In this document: piece by piece, positions 50,881-62,090 of the stretch
Position numbering within the stretch: position 1 is the stretch's first letter
How the letters are laid out: every line of letters starts with the position of its first letter
Assembly: GCA_965637545.1 (NCBI GenBank)
Contig: OZ281495.1
Location: forward strand, 27,404,001 to 27,468,000
Length of the DNA stretch: 64,000 nucleotides
Reading direction: 5' to 3'
DNA from: Phallusia mammillata
Taxonomy: Eukaryota
Program-made: the position numbers and the translations under genes
Notes under the pieces: generated by a model
Told to the model about the DNA's origin: nothing
Databases searched by the model: none
Seen by the model: only the letters and a program-made list of their open reading frames with translations

Positions 50881-51439
50881 TGAGCAAATATTTGACAACA
50901 CGCCGAACTGGAAGTTGAAGGTTAATTATCGAACTACACTTGAGCTCGCTCACGCCTCGCCAAACAACGTTAAGAACAATAAAAGCCTTTTTTTCGAGGT
51001 ACACTATGCTTCCAGTGGTGGTTCAATTGGTGGCCCATAGCTAACGTTGTTACATTTTAAGGCCCTTTAACGATTTATTTATTGTTCCTTTTTGAAACCT
51101 TAACCTTTGCAACACAGCCCAATCCTTAAGCCTACTTGTACTTGATGTTTGCAACGTTCTTCCAAGCGCATTGTTTACTTTACATGGCCCAAAATCGATT
51201 GACCATCATGGTAGGCTACTTTTAGAAGTCACTTAAAACATCGGATAATAATGTATAGGAGGGGTAAAAAAGTCGATAAGTAAAACTTGAGCTTGTGGTC
51301 AAGCTAGAATGTTTGGAACTCGTTGCAGGGCAGAACCGAAGATGGCTTGTAAGGCTTGCAAAAATGTATAACGTGCATAACAACAATGTAAATGTATAAC
51401 GTGCAAAGTTTTCAAAAACCGTAGAAACGTACACTATAC

Positions 51440-52323
51440 CAGGGGTGGGGAACCTATTTAGTATCGCGGGCCGCATAATTTGCACCACATTTTCGGGCTG
51501 GCTAAAAATTATTTTATTTTCAAGTTCCGTGTAAAAATCCCCTAAGCACACAAATGGTTTTCTATTTCATCGCTCCAGATTTCATTTTTCCTTTGATGCT
51601 ACATGTTTGCAACAAACAAGGCATATATTGGTGTATCACTTATTTCGACTAAAAATAAGAGATTGTCCATTCTTTCTGGAACACCCGAGGTCCATTATGC
51701 TGATTGTTTTGTTTTTTTCAAGAAAATAATTTAAATAACAATATAATCCACGCTAATAGCTATAAAATCAATTTTAAACTAACACTACATGGCAATTAAT
51801 TTGTTACTGCAAGGAGAGGCAATCGAGTGAATGTTACGTCTTAAATATAGCAAGTGGTTGAAAGTATAGCAAAAATGTTGGTAGAGCTAATAACACCATA
51901 CGTTTCAGCTGATCCAAAAGTGCTTAATTTTCGATAGGTGACGTAAAGAGCTGAATTATTTATTTAGCGGCTATAAATGGGTTGGGTTGGGAAATATTTA
52001 CATAAAACTTTTACATTTGTAACTATTTTTGGGGGTTAGTTTTATTGAATTTTAAGTGCTAATACCTTACCCCAACCCTAATAGCCCTAACCGTTAGCAT
52101 TTTTTGAGATATACCGTTTTGAAAATTAAGCACTTTTGGATCAGCTGAAACGTATGGTGTTAGTAGCTCTACCGCAAATGTTGGCGTCATAATGTGGAAG
52201 GGAAAGATTACCTGTAATGTCGAAGTCATTTGTACATAAACATCTTATTGCCATATGCCATGTTATTGTTTTATTGTTAATATGCCATGTATAACTGTAC
52301 TTCAACAAAATTCCCCACCCCTG
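51440..52323. mobile_element. 884-bp hAT-type MITE containing a nested fold-back element
   Basis: TIR CAGGGGTGGGGAA; TSD CACTATAC / CACCATAC. Confidence 0.8.
51880..52173. mobile_element. Nested element with ~53-bp near-perfect terminal inverted repeats
   Basis: 51880-51932 is the near-exact reverse complement of 52121-52173; similar flanks AAAAATGTT / GCAAATGTT are a possible 9-bp TSD. Confidence 0.65.
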
Positions 52324-53158
52324 CACCATACCAACACTTGATAAAATAATTGCAGGCCAAAAAAGCCATGGTTTACAAACTAAGGTAAATTTTAATCAAA
52401 AACAAACATAACTGTCAAATTACGGATTTTGGTTCCACAATAAAACCGCTGATCTAGTGGTTCTGAAATTACGAACGCCAGATTGTTCTGGTAGGAAAAC
52501 AAAAACAAATTAAAATGGCACTTTTGAAGACTGGATTAAATCTAAAACGCACAATGGAACAGTTTTTGCCAAAAACAAATATAGCGGGTTAGGAGAAAAA
52601 AAATGCTCAAATTGATGAGAAAATACGCAATGAGAGTAAGTTCATTATATAAGAGCTGATTGCTTCACAAAATAACTTTGCCGGTCACCGATTAGTTCAA
52701 AGAAAGTAAAAAAAATTCAAAACCAGCAAACAATTATGCATTTTTGCGTCCTTCTGGTTTACTTTCTTTAATATCACATTTCATGATCGATTTCCCCAAA
52801 TGATTATACTACGAAACGAAAAGAAATAATAGCGAAACGTTTACACTGTTGTGTACAAAGTTTGTAACGTGCCTTTGCGAAGCGATGGTTTAAACTTAGA
52901 AACTGGAAACAAATTAAAATCTCAGATGCAATATCGAAAAACGTTGAAATAAATTCATAATTTTCAAACTCGCGCATAGACTTCCGGATTTCTACTACCC
53001 TGTTTGTGGATGGGCAGGTCTATATACACGTACATATTTTGAGATCCTTTCCATATTTAATGTAGACAAAAATACTATAACCTAATGGCTAGCGACATAG
53101 ACTAAGGTCGTTGGTTAAAATGCATTCTTCAAACACACGAGCCCAGCAGTCGCTGTAC

Positions 53159-54121
53159 CTGTAGTTCATTGTCATGTTAAAAACATTGTCATATTCGGTC
53201 AGTTTCATCCGGCGAGGCTCCCGCACAGCTATTGGTGATTCCATACAACGCCAAACGTAATATTGATCCAATCGTCTGCATAGGGAAACGTTAGAGCTCT
53301 TATTGTTTTGGAATAAAACCCGACCAATTTATAAACTGTGTAGTATATTGTAAATCACGAGTCACCAGAGTCTCAGTACGACAGGTGAAGACAACAGTCG
53401 CATATAATAACAGACTGAAATATTAACAACACTGAAGTCATCAACCGAATTCCGAATCATAATTACATTTTCAAAATCAGCTGAAAAATATTTCTGATTA
53501 GACCAAACGTTGTATTGTTTCATAACCTTTCCTTTTTATTCAACCGGCAAATATAAACAAAATCTGACGTTTCGACGTCTCTTAAGATGCGTCTTCATCA
53601 GGGTAATGTCAGCTACCCTCACGGTCGTTCTTATAACACCAAACGGGTGAAGACGAAAAAGAGACAGGCGTAAAAACAATGACATTACCCTGATGAAAAT
53701 GTTATAGTGTTGGTTCTAATTAGTAGTCCTAAAGCGGCTGGTTTAAAAAATAGTACTCGTTTAGTTTGCTGGGTTTTTTTCTTACCTTGTTGTGGGCATT
53801 CTGGTAGGTTTCAATTCGTTAAAGTGAAATACAACAGCTTTTGCGTTTTTTTCATTGATCTGTAAATATTTCGATTAATTGTATACTTGCTTATTGCTGT
53901 ATTAAGCCGCTATTTTGTTTAACATTACTGTACAGTACGTTAGATAAAGTTGTTTTGTTAGTGTCACATTTGTCAGTGAAATTCTTTCAACGTGCATATA
54001 CCTTTGTTCTGTTCAGTGTGACTTGGCAATTGCCGCACTCATACGGCATGGAATCAAATTCAATTTTTTTGCCAAATTGAACTTTTTTGCCAAATGGTGC
54101 ATCCCAAATTATAATTATGAT
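53159..54121 (-). CDS. GT10 alpha-1,3-fucosyltransferase-like gene, partial: exons 54121-54002, 53859-53786 and 53275-53159
   Basis: Phase-compatible GT-AG exons splice to IIIIIWDAPFG...ECGNCQVTLNRTK/INEKNAKAVVFHFNELKPTRMPTTR/RLDQYYVWRCMESP...DNVFNMTMNYR. This matches the GT10 N-terminal motifs ILLW..PFG, ADAVVFH, Q.WV...ESP and FNWTM.YR. The TM exon and C-terminal exons were not found. Confidence 0.8.
53566..53601 (-). ncRNA. Degenerate minimal hammerhead core (Penelope pLTR-like remnant) in a fucosyltransferase intron
   Basis: CTGATGA-A-GACG...CGTC-GAAACGTC followed by AATAAA; no stem I pairing; partial inverted copy at 53679-53697. Confidence 0.45.
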
Positions 54122-54171
54122 CTGAAAATCAAATTAAACAAACAAACGGTTGAATACATAATAGTGTAGAA

Positions 54172-54359
54172 CAGTGGTTCATAACCTGTGTTCCTTGCTG
54201 CACCCCTTTCAAATCACCAACCAATTTTCGCACCACCCTGGGTTTTTGTATTTATATAGAATACACCTAACCAACCTTAATGATTCAGCATCTCCGCACC
54301 CCTAGGAACGGTTCTCGCACACTTTGAGGGTGCGTGCACCCCCTGGTTAAGAACCCCTG
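54172..54359. mobile_element. 188-bp hAT-type MITE
   Basis: Ends CAGTGGTTCATAACC / GGTTAAGAACCCCTG; TSD GTGTAGAA / GAGTAGAA. Confidence 0.75.
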
Positions 54360-55993
54360 GAGTAGAACGAACCAATTACCAAACAGCTTAAAATGTATAA
54401 ATTAGGGTTCGGCCTAAATTTCCGTTGTTATTGTTAAAAAGTAAACAGTATAAGGTGTTACATGTCAAAAAATCCAAAGCGCAACATTTTTAAAATTGAA
54501 AACTTTAATAGTTTTTTTGCTTGTTTGTAGGTATAGCCTACTTTGTTAGTTGTATTCTTTAGGGCCTCATCTAATGGATCTTGCTCTGTTCAAAAGTTGT
54601 GTGAAACCCATTGAACGGAATTCGTTGAGTGTCTGGCCTACAACAAAACACAGCACATAGCAAAATGATATACAAAAAATATACAAAAACACAAATATCA
54701 AGAATTAATTAGGTAGCCGACCACTCAAAACTTAATTAAACAAAGGTTAAAGCATCAAGCCAATAAATGTTAAGCTCCAGACAGTGCACCCTGTTTGCCG
54801 TTGTATGACTATACACTATAGCCAAAAACTTACATAACGGAATTTAATTAAGATTATTTGCATCCACAAAAGTTTGAGCACATTTTTGCACATTTACTCA
54901 CGTTTTTAAAGTTCCATTTTTCTTCCATAGCTAGTTTTATGTAAACAAGCACTGTAGCAGTCAGCAGAATCAAAAGAAACAACCACTTAAAACGACAAAA
55001 TTCCATCTTGTTCTAGCGGTCTAGCTATGTACAGCTATTTCAACTGTAAACGATTCGCAATATTTCTGGTTTGTTATTTCCAATGTAAGTGACTAGTAAC
55101 TGAAAATGTGTCTTTTAAACTAGTAAACTATCATCCAGCTGCACGCCCAAACAAAAGGTCTACAAAAATTGTCTGTTGGTAAGCGAAAATAAAGAAATTG
55201 CAAAAAAGCTTAATAGTCAAAACCGTTAAGACAGTCTAGGCAAAACCTATACACGTGAGGCAAAACCTATAAAAACGTGGTTCAAGTACAAAGAAAATGA
55301 ATACACACCACTATATCTGTTTAATGATTGACGAACGCGTCAATGCCTCAAGTTCAGGAATAAACGCGTTTGTCCCCAAACCGCTTGCGTTTTATTACTA
55401 GTTAATTGCTTTTATCTGTAACTTTTTCTGTTGTGTGGCACCAAGTTGCCTATCTTCTGTGGCTTTCATTTTAGCTGATGATGCCACCAGAAACTGCCGA
55501 AACGTTCACTCAATTATTGCCCTGTATCTTCTTGCTAAGAAGGTTTGTAAATCGTACAGAAATTAGAAAACGCATTTTTTGTACATTATTAGATATTTTT
55601 TGTTATGTTTTCTTCGTTGCTTCGTAACATCGTGTTGCATCGTTGCTTCGTAACAAAATACTGTGGCTTATTTCCTGCTCCTGAGAGTCGCCGTGGCACA
55701 AACGCCGGGATACAAAGCAAGTTTAGGGTCGTCATTTGACCCACAAGAGCAGAGACTACAAAAAGAAACGGGTTTCCTCAGCTCGGCAAGTACGCTGTGA
55801 ATCGCATTGATGCGAATCGTTGTTACCTGGAGCAAACCACAAAAGGGAATTGCAGCGTGAAAAAATTAAGCTGTTCGGCCACGAGCGAGAACGTACAACA
55901 ATGATGCTAGTTTCAATGGCGCTTTGGTTCCGATTTGCTTCGTGGACCCCACTTTATAAACGCCGAGTCATATTACATTACGAAATGCAAAAT

Positions 55994-56869
55994 TTAGACA
56001 TAAAAGTCAGACGACCCAACATGTTTTGGAGCCGGAAAAAAACAAGGTTCACGGTAATGGATGTCGCATATCCTTTTCTTTGAGAGTGACAGCAGTTCTT
56101 GCACTTTTTTTCGCCAATTTTTGCATTTGAGATACTCCCATATATAATGGGCCTTCCTAGCAGACTGGTCCGTTGATCTATGGTTTTTGGATCCAAGGGC
56201 GCTTGGGAAACCAACTGAAAATCCTTGAGCAGTTCCTCCTGCCGCTTCGTTTGTATTTTGTAGCTCGGGTTCAATGGATTTGTTATTGCAGCACATACAA
56301 TACCCGTTTTCGATTGGGCCAATGTTGAAAATGTTACCGTCACGCTCTCCAATCATGTATGACCCACCTCTCGCATACTTATCATTTTGAAATTCCACGT
56401 TGAGGCAAACCTAAAGTAATCAATTTTATCTATTTCCCAATTACTTGAAAAACCTACTAATGTGAAAACACTTTTGCTTATAAATCGTCCAATAAGTAGT
56501 TTGGTTCATTATTTCATTAACTTGTGTTATAACAGATAAAGTTGAGATTACCTGCGCCAAAGATTCAGTTGCAGTAAAAACTCCCCCAATGCATATAATC
56601 GCCGAACTGACTCTCAAATTTTCGAAGTTTTCGGAAGCTCTATCAAACTCTGCATATGCTTCACAAACCATCTCATTCTTTAGCGAATTGTCCGACTTTA
56701 ATCCAAAACGGCAGTTGTTGTTTAAAATTGACATTACAGTCGGTTTAAACTCCAGACCAAATATCGTGTCGACGATGTGGTTAAAATGAGGACTGAAAAA
56801 AGAAGAGTCAGTTCCTCCCAATCCAGGAACAAAATATATACTGGCGTTTGGACACAAATGCTTGGACAT
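55994..56869 (-). CDS. Divergent A-like copy (A6), open frame of 244 aa lacking the HSHG nucleophile (exons 56869-56552 and 56410-55994)
   Basis: MSKHLCPNASIYFVPGLGG...SLKNE/MVCEAY shows a ~26-codon in-frame deletion relative to A4. The 141-bp intron and exon 2 (NVEFQND, CMCC, AHYIWEY) are intact. Confidence 0.75.
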
Positions 56870-58501
56870 GTTTCGAACATCCACAGTACAAATATTTTGG
56901 TGAACACCAAACTTAAACACGTTCTTTCGCAAGCATAATTGGATCCAATTAGCTTTCAACAGGTCAATGAAGAATTGTAAAACAAAACATTTTATACACG
57001 AGTTTAAGCATGCCAAAAGTATTAAGCTGAAAAATACTTGTAGTTCAGTGAAAACAGTTTCGTCAGAAATTTTATGTTTAGTTTAAAAGGTTCAATTATT
57101 TATTTTTGTGTCGCACTCGTTTTTTAGACTTCAATCTGGCTAAACATTTCTTTTCTATCAGCAATATCAGCTTCACTGCGCAAACGAGGGAAAATGAAAA
57201 GAAAATAGTTGCAACACTGGCGCTAAGTTATTCACCTGCTGCTTTTGAGTGGTTCTAATATGTTACCTTCACGAATCAGCGCATCGGTTCACTTGGTTGT
57301 GTGGCGAATTTTTAGCACTTTCACCGTTTGTAATAATGAGCTGGTTAACTCCTTTATTTTCACACACCTACGTGCACTTATAATCGTTTTGTTTGAAGCG
57401 TTGCCTATTGGGTATCCTGGCGCTTAACTCTGTTATTATTGTTGTGTTTAATTGGTTTGTTTTGCCAATCATATTTTCACCATATCATATTTCCACGGCA
57501 TATATCTTGTTTTACCACACACTGTATATATCTTGTTTTACTACACACCATTCACCTATTTGTTTTATATTGTAATAGTTGTCTTTTCTCCGTTTGTATG
57601 ATCGCCCTTTCCCCGCCACTAATTTACGCTTGATTGTTGTATCGTTACCCGGGTGTGCCTTTGGTCGTCACGTGATTGTTTCTTCCACGTACGTGGCCGC
57701 GTCGCACGTGCGAGTAAAATAATGAAGGTCAGTCTTCCTCTGGGCGCCGTGCGAGTTACACCTGTTGGTTTCTGTTCTGTGTTGTACTGGCGTTTACTGA
57801 TTATTGAGCGCAGCGTATTGAAGTTGGAAATACGTGTTGTTTTACGCCAGTGTATTTTATCGCTTTTACTTAAACAAGGCGCCCATTAGTGAAACCAGTT
57901 TGTGGTCTTTCTTTGGCTTAGTGGTGAGCCGTTATTGCAGGGTTCGGGCCGTTTCCGAATTAGGGAGGCAGTTTTGGTTTTAAAGGTACAGAATTAGGCT
58001 TAAGGGGTTGATTGGAATTTAATATCGCCACTTGAAAGATCTCTTAGCCGAATTCCCAAAGCTGCCGAAATAATTCCGTAACAGTTGCATCAGAAAAGGA
58101 CGTTACGCCGATGGTTGCTGAAAAAAAAAACAACTCTACGACAAAGTCAATGCCGTTGGTTTTTACACTGAGTCAAGCATTTGTTGGACTGCCATGATGC
58201 GAGTGAAACACACAAGCATGGCTAACTAGGTTAGAATCACTGCAGATTTCTACATAAATAAAAGTTTGAGTAAAAGAAGATAAAACGAGCTGAGATTGAT
58301 TAACACCTGTAGAGTGCAATAAAAAATGTGTCATAAACAAATTTAATTAAAGATACTCTATTTGGGCTTCAAATTTGGACTAAAAAAACTAGAACATTTT
58401 AACAAGTTATCCACGAAATTGCCGTAAACTACAATACTGCAAACTTTCCATGAGTGTTGACTTCAATTCTGTTTTTGTTACAGTGCTTACACAGCAGCAG
58501 C

Positions 58502-59381
58502 ATGTCGGAACTGTGTAAAAATGTCAGTGTCTTTTACGTGGCTGGCTTAGGAGGGATCAGTGCTTCTTATTACGAAAACGTTTTGAAGCAACTCAACGAA
58601 TCTATATTTACTCTTCAGTTTGAGCCTAAATCCAGAATATTTGCCAACAATAGCTGACTTTTGTTTCAAGACAAATTTTGACACCAAACATCATAAAGAC
58701 CGTTTTGGATCATCACCATTGTAACCATGTCAGCATGGTTTGGTTCTGCCACAGTCACGGAGCTAAGATAGTCCGTGATGCCTATATGGAGCTACAAGGT
58801 ACACAGCAATTTGATCAGATTCGGAACAGTTCTGCCATCATTTGCATTGGCGGAGTTTCGTTGGCAGAAAAGCATTTGGCAAAGGTAATACCAACTGGCT
58901 ATTTAAGTCGGTAAAATTATTTATACAAAAAGAAAACTTCAATTCGCCTTTAAAACTGTCAAGTTTTTATGTACAAACACGGTTAGATGGTATTCGAGAT
59001 TTTAAGACCTTGGATTAAAGTTCACTCTACTATAAACCCTCGTATTTAGGTTGTTTTAAACGTCGAGTATAAAAACGATGATTTTGCACAAGCTGGATCA
59101 ACAGAGATATTGCAGACGTGTTTGGAATCGGTCCGTACAAACACAAATTGTGCGAATGTTGCAATGGTTCACAGTCACCTGAAATGAATAGAGCCGAAAC
59201 GGGGGCAAGCATTGGACTTTCTTGTGGCTCGTCTGCCAGCTCCAAACATAGTTCACCTTCATTTTTCGACCACGAAAAAGCACATTTAATAGAAGAATAT
59301 CTTGCCTGCAAAAAGTGGCGTCTCGAACTACAAGGCCTCCTTCCGCTTAGTCAAAGCGTCTGTAAAACACATTCTTATTAG
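58502..59381 (+). pseudogene. Subfamily C pseudogene (C6)
   Basis: TGG->TGA at 58655-58657 and a nearby 1-nt deletion; exon 2 (59050-59381) is 13 bp shorter than in intact C copies. Confidence 0.85.
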
Positions 59382-59892
59382 CTTTACCAAAACTCAATGT
59401 TTGCATTTTGCAACTTTGACACGCATTGTAGCAAAATATAAACAAAGAAATGTATAGGTAGCAGATGCCTTACGAACCTTCAATCTAGTGTACTGTATTA
59501 TGTTGTACATAATTTTCCTGTAGTTTGTAAGGATGCTGTCATATTTGAAACCATTTTTGTGCAACCTTTTTACTCCCTTTAACTTGTTTCTGAGCAATAG
59601 TTGTTAAATAAATCGACTCAAAATTTATTGTAAACCGCTTGAAGTATATTCATTGAAATTACTTGGATAAACAACCTTAATTTTGTAAATTGCACATTTA
59701 GTCAGAAGCAGAAGGTCCTAAAATAATGCTTAGAATAGATCACTTTGATCTGTAGTAATTGTCTTGGTTAAAGTAACCAGTGCAGCTCTTTACTGCCCCT
59801 TGGTGTTTCGGATATTGCAGCGTAAAAACACTTACCGGTACCGGTATAAAAATAACCGGCAGACTATTACCGAAGACAATTATAGGTCAAAT

Positions 59893-59998
59893 GGACAGAA
59901 AGTTGGCCGAATGGTCCAGCGCGCCTGACCCATATACAGACATAAAAACCCTGATCGGGATTAGTGTCCTGGGTTGGAACCCCGTGAAAAAAAATAAA
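59893..59998 (+). mobile_element. tRNA-derived SINE-like repeat (extra 3' half at ~60060-60100)
   Basis: TGGCCGAATGG, GGGTTGGAACCC and A-tail; matches the other copies. Confidence 0.55.
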
Positions 59999-60511
59999 AA
60001 ATAAAAACAAGACAATAATACGTAAAATGAACAGAAACTTGACCCTGACCGAGATTTGTCCAGGGAGTGCCCTGGGTTCGAACCCTGTGAAAAGAAAAAA
60101 AAAAAAACAGTAATACGTAAAATTCTCTTACAGCTCGGTAACAAATGTTTCTGTATACAGCTATTTCAAACTTTCGTTACAAAAGCAAGCTTTTTAATCA
60201 GATAAACAAAGTAAATAATTTAATAACTAATCATTTTGAAATAATACAAGATATTAGATACGTGCGGTAACTGATTACATGCGAAATGATGACAGCTTTA
60301 TAACCTTTACACAGTAATCACCAATAAGCGGTTTCTACTGAATAAACAACAATACATAAACAGAAGAAACGGTCCCCTTAGTCTTAAAATACACAAAAAC
60401 AATAATAAGAAATCACTAAAATATACATCTGTTCAAACGAACGCGATTAAGTGGCCAACAGTGCAGAAAAAACACGTTGTCCATTGGGGCCATTTAGTGA
60501 GAAACAAAAGA

Positions 60512-62090
60512 TCATTTAAAGTGCGTTTTGCATGTTTTACTTTTCGATCGCGGCAAAAGCGATTTAACAACAGTTTTCCAGTTCTCGCATAAAATGTATT
60601 CGTCAATATAGTGAGCTGTACTTTCGTTATTTCGAGGAACAAAAAAAGTGGTCGCAGTCGATACAACTGTAGCTACCCGATGTAAAACGCTTTGTGGTTC
60701 TGCTGTTATTGTAGTAAATTTCGCCTCGTAAACCGTAGATTTATCAACCGACCCACAATTTGGTTTACAACAACAGCAGAAGCATTTTCCCTGACAACAT
60801 GGACATGCAATTTTCGGACAACACGTACAACAGTGCAGTTCGCCACAAAGGTTAAAATTTGTGCAACAAGCAAACAAAGAAAAGTTGTTCCCAGTTGCAG
60901 AAAAGACTGGACCATCAACTGAAGAGCCAGATAAAGCAGAAGAAGAAGAAGGCACCGAAGAAGAAGTAGACGTAACCCCAGATGAAATACCTCTACTTCT
61001 TGTATTTTTTGGTGTTCCTTTACTTCCGTTACAGCACGTACAAACTCCATCCTTTAGTGGACCAATGTGTTGTAACCTACCCTTTCCACTCCCGTATAAA
61101 ATTCTCCCAGTCCTGGCGACATCATCGTTCTCGAATTCAACGTTTAAGACAACCTTAAAAAGATCACACTGATATGGTTGAGCAAAATCGAATTAAGCCA
61201 TGGTGCAAAACTCCATTTGATCTTCGTAGCTTAAACATCTCACGTCATTTCTGTACAAAATCTATTTTTTTCCACCACGTGGTGGAAAAGCCATATACAT
61301 GGCATGATAATCAAAAGGTTGTGATTTTAGTTTACTTGTAAGCATGATTAAGTGGTATGTGTAGATCAACAAGATCGAAAATTAATGCCTCCGAGTTTTT
61401 CCTACCGCAAAATTCCTGTCGGTTTGAATAAAATCTTTGGCGACACTAAACTGTTGGACTGATTGACAGTTTTAGGACGATCTGAACCGTAAAACCGTAC
61501 AGAAAGCAATTAAAATGAAACCTTAGTGTCCCACAGAAAAATGCTAAAATTCCGGACATTGGGAGTGTTTTAGAAAAATATTTCCGGATATAGATTTTAC
61601 GCCCTAATTTCGGACATGTCCATCAATTTCATCACGTCTGATAACCCTAGTTTAGCTGCAACACTCAATGGACTCTTACCGTTGCCAGTGATTCCGCTGC
61701 ACATGAAGATCCACCGATGCAAATAATTGCTGATTTGTTGAAGATTAGAAGATATTCTCTGGGGTTTAAAACATCCTTTAGTTCCTTGTAAGCTTGACAA
61801 ACCATAGTCGCCCCGTAACTATGGCAAAACCACACTAGACTAACGTACTTTTCACAGTGCTGGTGAACCTCTACAAGTGTTTTAATCTCAGTAGTCAATT
61901 CCACGTCAGTTTTTATTCCATATTGGCAGCGATTTTTCAATATCTGTACTTTACTTGACTTAAATTTCACGCCAAAAATACTGTCTCTGATGCTTTTAAA
62001 AGGCTCTCTAAAATCATCTGGATTGTTTCCTCCCAATCCAGGGACAAAATAAAGACAAGCATTAGGGCAGATCTTCTTCGGATTTAGCAT
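60512..62090 (-). CDS. Subfamily D copy D4, intact, 350 aa, Cys-rich (exons 62090-61680 and 61153-60512)
   Basis: YFVPGLGG, WFCHSYGATMV | VVLNVEFEND, CTCC, Ser-rich then Cys-rich tract, AHYIDEY. The 526-bp phase-0 intron splices to an open frame (5' part of exon 2 translated by hand). Confidence 0.85.
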
